Shown in pieces: positions 17,723-26,572 of a stretch of 64,000 bases of DNA. Positions within the stretch are counted from its first letter, which is position 1. Each line of letters begins with the position of its first letter. Where the stretch lies: IMG/VR virus record IMGVR_UViG_3300044632_001218; one strand, given 5' to 3'. The position numbers and the translations under genes were made by a program. The notes below the pieces were generated by a model. That model was given only the letters and a program-made list of their open reading frames with translations, searched no databases and was not told the origin of the DNA. The stretch is from a virus.

Positions 17723-17761
17723 TAGGAGAACTAAATATCTCCAACCAACTAAATTATTGTT

Positions 17762-17917
17762 ATGTCACTTATTTCACAACAAGATAGAAACCTTGCTATA
17801 GAAGCATTAGATTTCTATATCTTTAGTAAAGGTAATGACTTCACTGAAGCAAAGAGAGGAGAAGTAAATGCTCTTCTTAATTGGATTAAATTGGAACATC
17901 AGAAGCATGATAATTAA
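17762..17917 (+). CDS. Hypothetical protein (51 aa)
   Basis: Manual ORF after CTAAATA at 17731. Confidence 0.6.
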   Translation: MSLISQQDRNLAIEALDFYIFSKGNDFTEAKRGEVNALLNWIKLEHQKHDN

Positions 17918-18068
17918 TTTGTGGTATAATGCAGACATGAAACAATGGCGTTGGACTTTAACTGATCCTACACATTTTGATATGGAATCAGGTCAAAGAG
18001 AAAACCTTCGTGATGCTATGAATGATGTAGCAAATACTGTAGAGTATTTGTTGAACAAACAAACTTAA
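17907..18068 (+). CDS. Hypothetical protein
   Basis: MIINLWYNADMKQWRWTLTD. Confidence 0.65.
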   Translation: MIINLWYNADMKQWRWTLTDPTHFDMESGQRENLRDAMNDVANTVEYLLNKQT

Positions 18069-18073
18069 TTTAT

Positions 18074-18146
18074 TCCCCTATAGCTCAATGGTAGATGCGT
18101 CTGACTGTTAATCAGAATGTTCCTGGTTCGAGTCCAGGTGGGGGAG
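18074..18146 (+). tRNA. trnN: tRNA-Asn(GTT)
   Basis: Cloverleaf; loop CTGTTAA. Confidence 0.93.
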
Positions 18147-18149
18147 TTT

Positions 18150-18222
18150 GGGGGCATAGCTCAATTGGTAGAGCACTTGCTTTGCAAGCAAGATGTTTCG
18201 GGTTCGAGTCCCGATGCTTCCA
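18150..18222 (+). tRNA. trnA: tRNA-Ala(TGC)
   Basis: Cloverleaf; loop TTTGCAA. Confidence 0.95.
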
Positions 18223-18283
18223 TTAGATAGTTACACTGTTGTGAAAACTATCTAAACTACGTTGTTTTACGTTATTAATTACT

Positions 18284-19273
18284 ATGACTACATATAAAAA
18301 AATTGAAATCCCTTGTGGAGTTCCTGATCTAAATTGGTTTTCTGATTTAGAAGTTCCTACATTTAACACAGCAAAATTTGTAGGATTTGAAATTAGAGAC
18401 TGTGATAGTATCATTTACACTAATAATCTAGGTCAAGTTGTAAATGTTGTCAGAGCAACTGGAACTGATTATATAAATGCAGATAAAATTAAAAATAATA
18501 TTGAAGTAAAAGGTATTCAAATTGATAGCCTTCCCCCTGTTATTTTGGAAGATGGAACTTCCATTGATGGGTTTACTCGTGGATATGCTCTTAAATCTCT
18601 TGGGCAAAATAAGTGGGTATATACTGTTGTTAAACTTGAAGATGGGTATGAACTTGAAGATCTAAAAGATGAATTGGGTCTTGGTTGCAATGACCATCCT
18701 CCATCAAAAGCTGCAGATATTAAAGATTTTAAAGTTCGTCTTGCAAATTGGATTGATAGGTATCAGAAAAGAAATTCTGATAAACTTCCTACACTTGATC
18801 AATGTTTAGATTGGTGGTCTTCCATTCGACATTCTATTAAAGAAGAAAAAGTAAAGTCTGCTTGTGAAGATGTTCTCAACAAGATTAGAACCAAATCAAG
18901 CATGGTTCCTCTGAAAAAAGAGGAAGCAGAAAGTAAAGCAAGAAAAATGCTTGAATGTGATAATCAAACAGAAGTAATTGCAATTAATAATAAAAGAAGC
19001 ACTTACATTGAAAGAGCATTTATTCAAGCACTTAATGCTATTTCAAACAATAAAAATGTTAAGGTAGTTGGATTTTTGAGTGATGTTCCTGCCGAAGAGG
19101 CAAAAAAAGCAAGGCAACAATTAAAAAAAGATGTTCAAAAATTGAATAAAATGTTTAGAAATTATGCACAAAAGTATAATGACGATGTAATTAATGATTT
19201 GATTACTATAGAAGGATTTATTCCTCAAATTCTTGATGAAGAAGATACAACTGAATTAGTGAGAATTTCCTAA
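18284..19273 (+). CDS. ParB/Sulfiredoxin-like N-terminal domain protein
   Basis: LPPVILEDGTSIDGFTRGYALKSLG...NDHPP resembles the ParB PPxV..IDGxxR core. Confidence 0.55.
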   Translation: MTTYKKIEIPCGVPDLNWFSDLEVPTFNTAKFVGFEIRDCDSIIYTNNLGQVVNVVRATGTDYINADKIKNNIEVKGIQIDSLPPVILEDGTSIDGFTRGYALKSLGQNKWVYTVVKLEDGYELEDLKDELGLGCNDHPPSKAADIKDFKVRLANWIDRYQKRNSDKLPTLDQCLDWWSSIRHSIKEEKVKSACEDVLNKIRTKSSMVPLKKEEAESKARKMLECDNQTEVIAINNKRSTYIERAFIQALNAISNNKNVKVVGFLSDVPAEEAKKARQQLKKDVQKLNKMFRNYAQKYNDDVINDLITIEGFIPQILDEEDTTELVRIS

Positions 19274-19278
19274 TAATT

Positions 19279-19304
19279 AGAGGGTCATTTTGACCCTCTT
19301 TTTT
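19279..19304 (+). terminator. Rho-independent terminator
   Basis: AGAGGGTCA-TTT-TGACCCTCT followed by a T-run. Confidence 0.85.
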
Positions 19305-19311
19305 ATTGTCC

Positions 19312-19381
19312 ATGCCACCTGTACAACTGGCACAATAGACCACTAAAACCATTAAGAATGTGCTATAATTACTTTGTAATT
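19312..19381 (+). promoter_or_regulatory. Early promoter cassette P4
   Basis: ATGCCACCTGTACAACTGGCAC, 30 nt, TGC-TATAAT, AATTAC-TTT-GTAATT. Confidence 0.85.
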
Positions 19382-19391
19382 GATGTGAACC

Positions 19392-19535
19392 ATGTCTACT
19401 GCATTTCTCGATGACATTCAAATTGATGAGTTTGATTGTATCATTCCAAATGAATCCATGTTTGATCTCTTTGATGATAACTGGGAGTCTGTGACTGAAA
19501 GTGACATGGAAGATTGGATTTTGATTGAGGATTGA
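19392..19535 (+). CDS. Very acidic small protein (47 aa)
   Basis: Manual ORF MSTAFLDDIQIDEFD...WILIED. Confidence 0.65.
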   Translation: MSTAFLDDIQIDEFDCIIPNESMFDLFDDNWESVTESDMEDWILIED

Positions 19536-19579
19536 CTAATAAATTAATTAATACTAAAATTCATTTATTTCATATCCCC

Positions 19580-20236
19580 ATGCATACTGAACTAGAAAAA
19601 GTATTAGAGTCTGATTACTATAAAAAAATTCAAACAGTACTAGAAAATATAAATGATATAGGACTAATTGAACGTGGTGTGGGATTTTGTTTTAGTATGA
19701 GTGATATGATACTAAAACTCTTATATAAAAATGGAATTGAATGTGAATTAATTGAGTGCAGCCTTATGGTTGTGATGAAAAATCCTCCAGCTTTACATTT
19801 GGTTGGATATCCAGGAACTTTCAAAATTCCAACTAAGACACAAATGGAAACCCACGTTGTATGTCTTACAAAAACTCCTGTTCCTATTTTGGTTGATTGT
19901 AGTATAAGGCATATTGACCCAACGATTCCTTTTGTTTGTATGCCAGTTATGAATCATTTTAATCATACAAATTTTGTGGAGTATGATTTTGAAAATAGTG
20001 TATGGACATATCAGCAAAAGAAAGATAGTTTGATTCCAAAACTTCACCAAGAAAGTATTTTGGATAGAATTAGGAAAGATGCAAACACAGACAAAGAAAT
20101 CAAATTTATCAAGTTCTTTATGTTTGTGTTATTTGCCGTGAGTTCTCTTAACTTTGGTAGGGGTATGGTTGACTTTTATTATACTGTTCTTCATCCAGAA
20201 CAACACCCAACCAGAGACCTGAGAATTAAAAAATGA
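19580..20236 (+). CDS. Putative papain/transglutaminase-fold protein with C-terminal TM helix
   Basis: GFCFSMS ... THVV ... ILVDCS (Cys-His-Asp order); hydrophobic FFMFVLFAVSSL. Confidence 0.5.
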   Translation: MHTELEKVLESDYYKKIQTVLENINDIGLIERGVGFCFSMSDMILKLLYKNGIECELIECSLMVVMKNPPALHLVGYPGTFKIPTKTQMETHVVCLTKTPVPILVDCSIRHIDPTIPFVCMPVMNHFNHTNFVEYDFENSVWTYQQKKDSLIPKLHQESILDRIRKDANTDKEIKFIKFFMFVLFAVSSLNFGRGMVDFYYTVLHPEQHPTRDLRIKK

Positions 20237-20415
20237 AACCTAAATTTCGTAATGTACTTGAAATGGCACTGGAAGAAGGTGTTAGGTTTGGATGGAATCG
20301 TGCTCACAAACATGTAGAAGGCACACCACACATTGATGCTGCTGCTGATGCTATTGTGAATGAGATTATGAACTCTCTTGATACATGGTTTGACTTTGAG
20401 GATGACAATGACTGA
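20233..20415 (+). CDS. Hypothetical protein
   Basis: ORF track. Confidence 0.7.
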   Translation: MKPKFRNVLEMALEEGVRFGWNRAHKHVEGTPHIDAAADAIVNEIMNSLDTWFDFEDDND

Positions 20416-20713
20416 TGGTAAGTTGAGAGTCTATGATAAAGGAAAAGAAACTCTCACCATTGATGATAGTTCTTGGGGAAAAATCCAAACACCAGAAATG
20501 AAATTAGAGGTCAAAGAAATGACTCACGAAGAAATGCTTGAAGAAGCAGAGAGAATAGAACTAGCAAACAAATCATTTGAGGAACTTACCAAAGACCAAA
20601 GAATTCAATTGGCATTAGAAGAAATTGATTGGATTGTGATTGGCGGACAGGATGGTGAGGAGTTTTATGGTTCTATACAGTTTCTCCGAAAAGTATTGAA
20701 AAGTTTGGCATAA
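20408..20713 (+). CDS. Hypothetical protein
   Basis: In-frame ATG within the track ORF. Confidence 0.65.
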   Translation: MTDGKLRVYDKGKETLTIDDSSWGKIQTPEMKLEVKEMTHEEMLEEAERIELANKSFEELTKDQRIQLALEEIDWIVIGGQDGEEFYGSIQFLRKVLKSLA

Positions 20714-20731
20714 TATCAGGATTCTGAATAA

Positions 20732-20941
20732 ATGCCATTTATCAGGAAAACAACTAAAATGACAAGATTTGTAAAGAACCCAGATGAGATTGTTCTAGAA
20801 GATGTAAAGATGGTGCATTATGAAGTAATGGAACCAAACAAAGCAGTATGGTTAGGAATCTATCTAAACAATGGTAAGATGTATCACCTGAACATTGGTG
20901 GTGATAATTTATGGATTAATTATAGTGATGAAACATTATGA
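20732..20941 (+). CDS. Hypothetical protein
   Basis: ORF track. Confidence 0.65.
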   Translation: MPFIRKTTKMTRFVKNPDEIVLEDVKMVHYEVMEPNKAVWLGIYLNNGKMYHLNIGGDNLWINYSDETL

Positions 20942-21201
20942 AACTCTTTGATTATGAAACCTATCAGGACTATGGAAAGGAATGGTTCTTCCAAGTTCTT
21001 ACATCCCCAAAGTTTGCTCTGTTGGATATTACAGTCCAGTGGGATGAGTTTCCTGCCACTGAAATATTCCCTTTGTTGATTATGAGTATTGGGAGCACTC
21101 AGTTGTTTGGATTTACATTTCGTTGGAAGTGGTTTGAGATTAGTATGGATGTGATTGATACAAAACCACGCAACTTTGAATGGTATAGGAGAAACAAATG
21201 A
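20938..21201 (+). CDS. Hypothetical protein
   Basis: ORF track; ATGA overlaps. Confidence 0.7.
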   Translation: MKLFDYETYQDYGKEWFFQVLTSPKFALLDITVQWDEFPATEIFPLLIMSIGSTQLFGFTFRWKWFEISMDVIDTKPRNFEWYRRNK

Positions 21202-21422
21202 CTGAAGAACAAGAAATTCCTTATGTGAATATTTCAACCGATAATACATTTTTTATTCACCAACCAAAACAATCTAACTACAAGTGCTACTTATTTGGTA
21301 ATCGTCCTGATGTGAATACTGGTATTGTTTATATACCAGCAGAAGGAAGAGTGCCTAATCGTTTTGTGAGGTGGATGATGTATTTGTGTTTTGATTCGGT
21401 TTGGGTGAAAGAAAATGACTAA
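21198..21422 (+). CDS. Hypothetical protein
   Basis: ORF track. Confidence 0.7.
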   Translation: MTEEQEIPYVNISTDNTFFIHQPKQSNYKCYLFGNRPDVNTGIVYIPAEGRVPNRFVRWMMYLCFDSVWVKEND

Positions 21423-21618
21423 ACTATCAGCAGCAGACCTTATGGTAATTCATAACACTCTTTATAAAAGTTTGAATGTTGTTGGAAACAGCATTTGGAC
21501 ACAAGAAACCAGAGAAAGAGTTATGGATAAGGTGTCTATTATTATGGAACAAATGAACGCAGAAGTTGTCTGTGGTGATGTAGAACCTATTGTAGTGAGT
21601 GGAGATTTGGGAGGATGA
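21415..21618 (+). CDS. Hypothetical protein
   Basis: ORF track. Confidence 0.7.
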   Translation: MTKLSAADLMVIHNTLYKSLNVVGNSIWTQETRERVMDKVSIIMEQMNAEVVCGDVEPIVVSGDLGG

Positions 21619-21758
21619 CGGAAAACAAACAACTCACAGAATACATCAAAGAAGTTCTCAATCCTCCTGATAATGTAGAACTCTCTGTTTATGATGAAGA
21701 TAATAATGAAAAAGATTTATCTAATGGTATTGTAAATGTTTGGGTAGAAAAGAAATGA
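21615..21758 (+). CDS. Hypothetical protein (47 aa)
   Basis: Manual ORF, ATGA-coupled at both ends. Confidence 0.6.
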   Translation: MTENKQLTEYIKEVLNPPDNVELSVYDEDNNEKDLSNGIVNVWVEKK

Positions 21759-21955
21759 ACGATGATAATTTGATTGGGGGACTTCTACTTGCTGTTCTCG
21801 CATCTATTGGTGTGACTTTCCTTTTAGGTGCTCGTTTTGGTTATGATGATGGTGTCGCAGATGGAAAGAATGGGGGTATTGTGTATTGTATGGAACAACT
21901 AAAGAATTGTAAGACCACTTATGATTACTTGAAACTTCAGGAGAAACAAAAATGA
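21755..21955 (+). CDS. Small membrane protein
   Basis: LIGGLLLAVLASIGVTFLLG TM helix. Confidence 0.65.
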   Translation: MNDDNLIGGLLLAVLASIGVTFLLGARFGYDDGVADGKNGGIVYCMEQLKNCKTTYDYLKLQEKQK

Positions 21956-22059
21956 CTCACCCATCTTATTGTTGCCCTAAATGTGGAGCACAGATAGGAT
22001 GGACTGGAAGGTTCTTTCAGTTTCTTCGTATTCCATTACATCGGTGTAAGGACACTTGA
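21952..22059 (+). CDS. Small Cys-containing peptide (35 aa)
   Basis: CCPKCG; ATGA-coupled. Confidence 0.45.
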   Translation: MTHPSYCCPKCGAQIGWTGRFFQFLRIPLHRCKDT

Positions 22060-22107
22060 AGAACTGGCACAGCAGGGCACCCAAAGTGGTCTGTGATGCC
22101 CTATAAT
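22049..22107 (+). promoter_or_regulatory. Early promoter cassette P5
   Basis: AGGACACTTGAAGAACTGGCAC, 31 nt, TATAAT. Confidence 0.7.
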
Positions 22108-22129
22108 ACTCTCATAAGCAACCAAACCG

Positions 22130-22339
22130 ATGACTAATCCAATCATTCCCAAAGTCGCATACATTCCTCTGGAATACCATATGTCTGTTGAAGATTTCTT
22201 GGAAGTTTGGAAGGATATGGAAATGGAAGATGAACCAACCCAAGAAGATTATGATACTGCTGTTCTTGATAGAGCACAATCGTATTTTTATGATATGAGA
22301 GGATTATTTGAAAAGTACATTCGTTTGGAGGATGCCTGA
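22130..22339 (+). CDS. Acidic hypothetical protein
   Basis: ORF track. Confidence 0.7.
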   Translation: MTNPIIPKVAYIPLEYHMSVEDFLEVWKDMEMEDEPTQEDYDTAVLDRAQSYFYDMRGLFEKYIRLEDA

Positions 22340-22545
22340 TGAAAGACGAAGAAATCCTAAAACTTGCTAACACCTATGGGTTTGATAGACACATATGTAA
22401 AACAACACACGACATTTACTGGGAATGTGATGAAAAAGACTTCTTGAAGTTTGTCCAAAAAATCTATCAAATGGGTTATGATGATGGTTGCTACGAAACA
22501 TCTTATTCCACTGGATACACTGGACTTTTTGGAGAACCACAATGA
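22339..22545 (+). CDS. Hypothetical protein, paralog of 22751-22924
   Basis: DEEILKL...KFVQKIYQMGY. Confidence 0.7.
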   Translation: MKDEEILKLANTYGFDRHICKTTHDIYWECDEKDFLKFVQKIYQMGYDDGCYETSYSTGYTGLFGEPQ

Positions 22546-22751
22546 TGACTAACACAGCATACCAAATCTGGGAAACATTCAAAGCAGAATTGATTGTAGA
22601 ACCCACAGATGATATGAAAGAAGCATTAGCATCTTCTATTCGTGTGATTTCTTCTCTCATTCATAGAGATGGAGTGCTATCAAATGAACCTTGGCTTACT
22701 CATACTGCTCAAGAACTGAATGAGATTGCTGATGATGTGGAGGCACTCTAA
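22542..22751 (+). CDS. Hypothetical protein
   Basis: In-frame ATG within the track ORF. Confidence 0.65.
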   Translation: MMTNTAYQIWETFKAELIVEPTDDMKEALASSIRVISSLIHRDGVLSNEPWLTHTAQELNEIADDVEAL

Positions 22752-22924
22752 TGATTTTAGATGAAGAAATCCTAAAACTTGTGAAAGAACACTTTGAAGA
22801 AGATTGGGATGAGAATGATGGTTGGGAGTATTCTGGAAACTTTGATGCCTTTGTGAAGTTTGCCCAAGAAATCTTTCAAATGGGTTATAATGAAGGTAGT
22901 TATGATATGTCCTACTATGAGTGA
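22751..22924 (+). CDS. Hypothetical protein (57 aa), paralog of 22339-22545
   Basis: DEEILKL...KFAQEIFQMGY; manual ORF. Confidence 0.7.
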   Translation: MILDEEILKLVKEHFEEDWDENDGWEYSGNFDAFVKFAQEIFQMGYNEGSYDMSYYE

Positions 22925-22929
22925 TAAAG

Positions 22930-23076
22930 ATGACTTACGAAGTTCAAACTTGGGATGACGCAGATGAAACTGTGTATTATGAAACCGTAAAGGATGCTGT
23001 TGATTATGAGAATGCTCGTGATATAATTGTAGAGAAGTATCCAAATCGTAAAGTAATTGCTGTGATTAGAAAATGA
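22930..23076 (+). CDS. Hypothetical protein (48 aa)
   Basis: Manual ORF MTYEVQTWDD...KYPNRKVIAVIRK. Confidence 0.6.
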   Translation: MTYEVQTWDDADETVYYETVKDAVDYENARDIIVEKYPNRKVIAVIRK

Positions 23077-23798
23077 CTGAATTTCAACCAAAACCACAAA
23101 CACCAGAACAAGTGGATCAAGGGCTTCGTGATGCCTTTAGACAAGCAATCAAAGATGGTGTGATGGATGCTACTCCTTATTTTAAACAAACGACTTACAA
23201 GAACGATATTGAAATAACAGAAGCAGAAATCAAAGTGCTTCAAAAGAAACTTGAACTCCTCAAAGAGATTGAGACACATAAATCTCAACCCAGAATGGAG
23301 TTTGATTTTGGTGGGAAGTTTGAGATTGTCTCTTATAATGATGAAGAATATCTTCGTCTTGAATTTGCTGATGAAAGTCATGGTTGGTATAAGAGAAAGC
23401 ATACTGTTGATGGTGTGGTAATGGTTGCTATTACTGATGGTGAAACTCATCGTCTCCTTGAAGGTGTGTGGTTCAACGATGTAAAGAAGGGGAAGTATGA
23501 TGATGTAGTTGATGAACCTTATAGGAATGTGAGAGCATATTGGGATGAGAAAGATAATCCAAAACCTATGGATGAGGTTGTGAATAGGTTAATTAAAAAA
23601 CACCAAGCACAAAAACTTTTTAATAGATTGGTAGATGAACTTGGTTATGATTTTGATGCCTGTAATGATATTGTAGATTTGGTGGAGAGTTGGTTGCCGA
23701 AAGAACAATCAGCAGCAGGAAGTCAAAATGTAAATACTGAATTGCTTGTGGATGGATTTAATCATTGTCTTGAAAAAATTAAAGGAATGCTACGATGA
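23073..23798 (+). CDS. Hypothetical protein
   Basis: ORF track, 241 aa. Confidence 0.75.
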   Translation: MTEFQPKPQTPEQVDQGLRDAFRQAIKDGVMDATPYFKQTTYKNDIEITEAEIKVLQKKLELLKEIETHKSQPRMEFDFGGKFEIVSYNDEEYLRLEFADESHGWYKRKHTVDGVVMVAITDGETHRLLEGVWFNDVKKGKYDDVVDEPYRNVRAYWDEKDNPKPMDEVVNRLIKKHQAQKLFNRLVDELGYDFDACNDIVDLVESWLPKEQSAAGSQNVNTELLVDGFNHCLEKIKGMLR

Positions 23799-23950
23799 CT
23801 GAGAGAACCGACGACTGGCGAACAATCTTTGGAGACCTCACAGATGCTGGAGTTTATGATATGGGAGAAGTCAACCTGTATAAACTCACATCACACCTTG
23901 AGGAACTCTACCTGAAAATTGCCGAACTGGAGGCAAAGGTAAATGACTGA
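23795..23950 (+). CDS. Hypothetical protein (51 aa)
   Basis: Manual ORF with coupled ends. Confidence 0.55.
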   Translation: MTERTDDWRTIFGDLTDAGVYDMGEVNLYKLTSHLEELYLKIAELEAKVND

Positions 23951-24134
23951 AAAAACAATCCAAATGAACCTCACAGAAGAGCAATTCAATATGATTTGGA
24001 ATGCTCTGGTATTGAGTGAGAATGAAATGGTAGATGATGGGGATGAGAAAGTTCGTTGTGACCTTTTGAATAGAATGGAGGTTATTGTGGAAGAACTTGG
24101 ACTTGAAGTATTTGGAGACCCTGATGATGACTGA
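23943..24134 (+). CDS. Acidic hypothetical protein
   Basis: ORF track. Confidence 0.7.
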   Translation: MTEKTIQMNLTEEQFNMIWNALVLSENEMVDDGDEKVRCDLLNRMEVIVEELGLEVFGDPDDD

Positions 24135-24276
24135 AGAATACGGTCACATTCCTGATGGTTTTCTACTCAATCCAGAGGAAATAGAAGAACTCCGCAAACA
24201 AAAATACGAAATTACTGAATACGCAAAAGAGAAACTGAGGAAACTTATAGAAAAACAGGAGGCACAAAATGATTAA
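24127..24276 (+). CDS. Hypothetical protein
   Basis: In-frame ATG within the track ORF. Confidence 0.6.
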   Translation: MTEEYGHIPDGFLLNPEEIEELRKQKYEITEYAKEKLRKLIEKQEAQND

Positions 24277-24580
24277 CCTACTCAACAAATTACTTGCCCG
24301 ATTTGGGTTTCAGTTAGTATCCATCAAACCCGATATGAGTTTGGTAGAAGCAACTGTGAAGTTTATGAACAATCATCCAAAACAATTTACGGGTAGTCTT
24401 GATTGTGACGACTATATTGGAGACATCAACTATGTAAAAGAAAAAGTAGAAGGTGAGTTTCCACAAGTCTCTGGGAAAACTTATTACGAACATCAAGTTC
24501 TTGGAAAAGATAGAACCTTTTTCAATTTTGATGGAGAAAAATACACCGCACAAGAACTTGCGGAGAAACTGAATGACTGA
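24269..24580 (+). CDS. Hypothetical protein
   Basis: ORF track. Confidence 0.7.
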   Translation: MINLLNKLLARFGFQLVSIKPDMSLVEATVKFMNNHPKQFTGSLDCDDYIGDINYVKEKVEGEFPQVSGKTYYEHQVLGKDRTFFNFDGEKYTAQELAEKLND

Positions 24581-24992
24581 AACCGACATCTCAAAAGTTC
24601 TCATAGAAGGAGAATACGCAACCATTATGGGTGTGAAGTATAAGAGAGTGGAAGAACCAACGAAATTAGAACTTTTCCTTGATGGATTTCGTAATGTTCT
24701 GTATATCTTGGATTGTTATGATGATGGTGATGTATGGGGATATGATGAGTTTTGGGAAAGTTTGAATATTGGTTGGATGCAAGAATACATTTATCCTTAT
24801 GATGACCCTTACAATCTCACTATCAGTCCAGAACGTAAGTTGAGATTGTCTCAAAAACCTGAAACAATTGTACTACCAAAAGAAGATTTTGATACACTTG
24901 TAGAAAGGTTGAATGAACCACCAGACCCAGAAGTACAGAAGAGATTTCGTGAAATACTAAACAAAAAAGCACCTTGGGATGTAGAAGAATGA
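24573..24992 (+). CDS. Hypothetical protein with a DUF1778-like C-terminal segment
   Basis: IVLPKEDFDTLVERLNEPPDP...KKAPWD. Confidence 0.65.
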   Translation: MTETDISKVLIEGEYATIMGVKYKRVEEPTKLELFLDGFRNVLYILDCYDDGDVWGYDEFWESLNIGWMQEYIYPYDDPYNLTISPERKLRLSQKPETIVLPKEDFDTLVERLNEPPDPEVQKRFREILNKKAPWDVEE

Positions 24993-25004
24993 AATGAAGA
25001 CTCT

Positions 25005-25074
25005 GTGCCAGATGATGAAGTGGCACACAAACCCCCCAAATGCCTTGACAGTATGCTATGATTACTTTGTAATC
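25005..25074 (+). promoter_or_regulatory. Early promoter cassette P6
   Basis: GTGCCAGATGATGAAGTGGCAC, 29 nt, TGC-TATGAT, TGATTAC-TTT-GTAATCA. Confidence 0.8.
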
Positions 25075-25084
25075 AGTAAAACAC

Positions 25085-25495
25085 ATGGGAACTCGCAGTT
25101 TCATTACAATCAAACACAAAGACAATACTTATTCTGGTGTATATTGTCACTGGGATGGTAGTGTTGAGCACAATGGTAAGATTCTCAAAGAAGATTATCA
25201 AGCACGCAGTAAGGTTGTTGATCTTATTGATGGTGGTGATATGTCATCTCTAAAGACAAATACTACTTGGGAATCTACTTTCAAGCAAGATGCTTATACT
25301 AATACTCGTGAAGAACAACCTCTTTACTATTATGAAAGGGGAGACACTGATAAAGATTCAATCTATCCTAAACACTTCAAAAATCATCAGCAAATGTATA
25401 AGTATGCTAAAAATTGTGGATGTGAGTACATCTACACATTTGATGATACTGTAGGTGAAGATCAACCTTGGTGGTCTTTTTGTGGAGTAAATTGA
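25085..25495 (+). CDS. Conserved phage hypothetical protein
   Basis: MGTRS...VYCHWDG motif. Confidence 0.75.
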   Translation: MGTRSFITIKHKDNTYSGVYCHWDGSVEHNGKILKEDYQARSKVVDLIDGGDMSSLKTNTTWESTFKQDAYTNTREEQPLYYYERGDTDKDSIYPKHFKNHQQMYKYAKNCGCEYIYTFDDTVGEDQPWWSFCGVN

Positions 25496-25698
25496 TGCAA
25501 ACTAAAGTGAAACGTAAAATGGTAAATGTTCAACCTATTTCCAATAAAGCAAAGAATAGGTTTGCAAATATAATGGATAAACTACATGGTTGTCATGTAG
25601 AACAAGAGACAGATACCAAATTGTTTCTTGCATCTATCAACAAACAATACTTCTTTTGGATAGATAAGATTAACGATCCAAATTGGAAACTAATCTAA
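25495..25698 (+). CDS. Hypothetical protein
   Basis: In-frame ATG within the track ORF. Confidence 0.7.
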   Translation: MQTKVKRKMVNVQPISNKAKNRFANIMDKLHGCHVEQETDTKLFLASINKQYFFWIDKINDPNWKLI

Positions 25699-26057
25699 TG
25701 AGTAAAAAACTAAATTGGTGGGAGTATTGGATTGGTCACTGTTGGATGACAGGATGGCAAAACATTCGTGGGTCATTTAGAATCTGGAGTGACCTAATGA
25801 CAGGAAACTATAAAGATTATGCCCTGATGTGGTATGATGAACCCTATGAAGAATGTTATAGTTGGTTCTGGCAATATCTTGGTGATGATGATACTTTACC
25901 CAAAGAGTTTCTTGAACATTTGATGCAGATGGCAGAAGATGTGAGAACAGGTAAAGAAAAAGTGATTCCATTAGATGAAGATTTCTTTGATAGATTGAAA
26001 GACCTTACTGATGGTATTGAAGTGAACTTAAATGAGGAATTAAAGGACAATGGATGA
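25698..26057 (+). CDS. Trp-rich hypothetical protein
   Basis: WWEYWIGHCWMTGW. Confidence 0.7.
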   Translation: MSKKLNWWEYWIGHCWMTGWQNIRGSFRIWSDLMTGNYKDYALMWYDEPYEECYSWFWQYLGDDDTLPKEFLEHLMQMAEDVRTGKEKVIPLDEDFFDRLKDLTDGIEVNLNEELKDNG

Positions 26058-26238
26058 AGATTTTGTACGTTTGAACCTTGATGAGTTGGATGCACTGAAG
26101 ACTGCCCTACAGTTGCTGTCAAAGAAAGAGCAGAAGATTATGGAAGGTAGTGGTAAAGTATCCCTCAGTGCCCTGTATAACAAACTGCAAAGCACTGTAG
26201 AGGACATCGAGAGGACACTTGTACAAGTGGCACAGTAA
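26050..26238 (+). CDS. Hypothetical protein
   Basis: ORF track; 3' end overlaps the P7 palindrome. Confidence 0.7.
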   Translation: MDEDFVRLNLDELDALKTALQLLSKKEQKIMEGSGKVSLSALYNKLQSTVEDIERTLVQVAQ

Positions 26239-26279
26239 ATCCCCACAGTGCCCTTTTGTGTGCTATCATACTTGTATGA
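26212..26279 (+). promoter_or_regulatory. Early promoter cassette P7 (leaderless type)
   Basis: AGGACACTTGTACAAGTGGCAC, 30 nt, TATCAT-6-ATG. Confidence 0.85.
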
Positions 26280-26572
26280 ATGAATCACAGATGACTTACT
26301 CCTTCACTACTTCTAATCTTTCCAAGATTAAACCTAAACTTCGCACAAGTGGCAGGGTTTCTGGTAACTTTGGTAAGAACAAAGTAAAAGCAGGTTCTCC
26401 TATTTCTGGTCTTGGAGTTACTAATGCAAAAGTAGTCAAAGTTACAACTCAAGATGAGTATTTGAACAAAATGTATTATGTTCTGGATAATGCTGCTGAC
26501 AGGCAGATTCAACAGTTTGCTTACAATGAAATTCGTAAAATTTTGATTCAAAGAGGTATGTGGAATTTCTAA
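26276..26572 (+). CDS. Basic hypothetical protein
   Basis: ATG at predicted +1. Confidence 0.7.
   Translation: MNESQMTYSFTTSNLSKIKPKLRTSGRVSGNFGKNKVKAGSPISGLGVTNAKVVKVTTQDEYLNKMYYVLDNAADRQIQQFAYNEIRKILIQRGMWNF

Noticed and set aside
17427-17744. 105-aa minus-strand ORF
   Set aside because: Antisense of tRNA-Val, tRNA-Pro and the structured RNA
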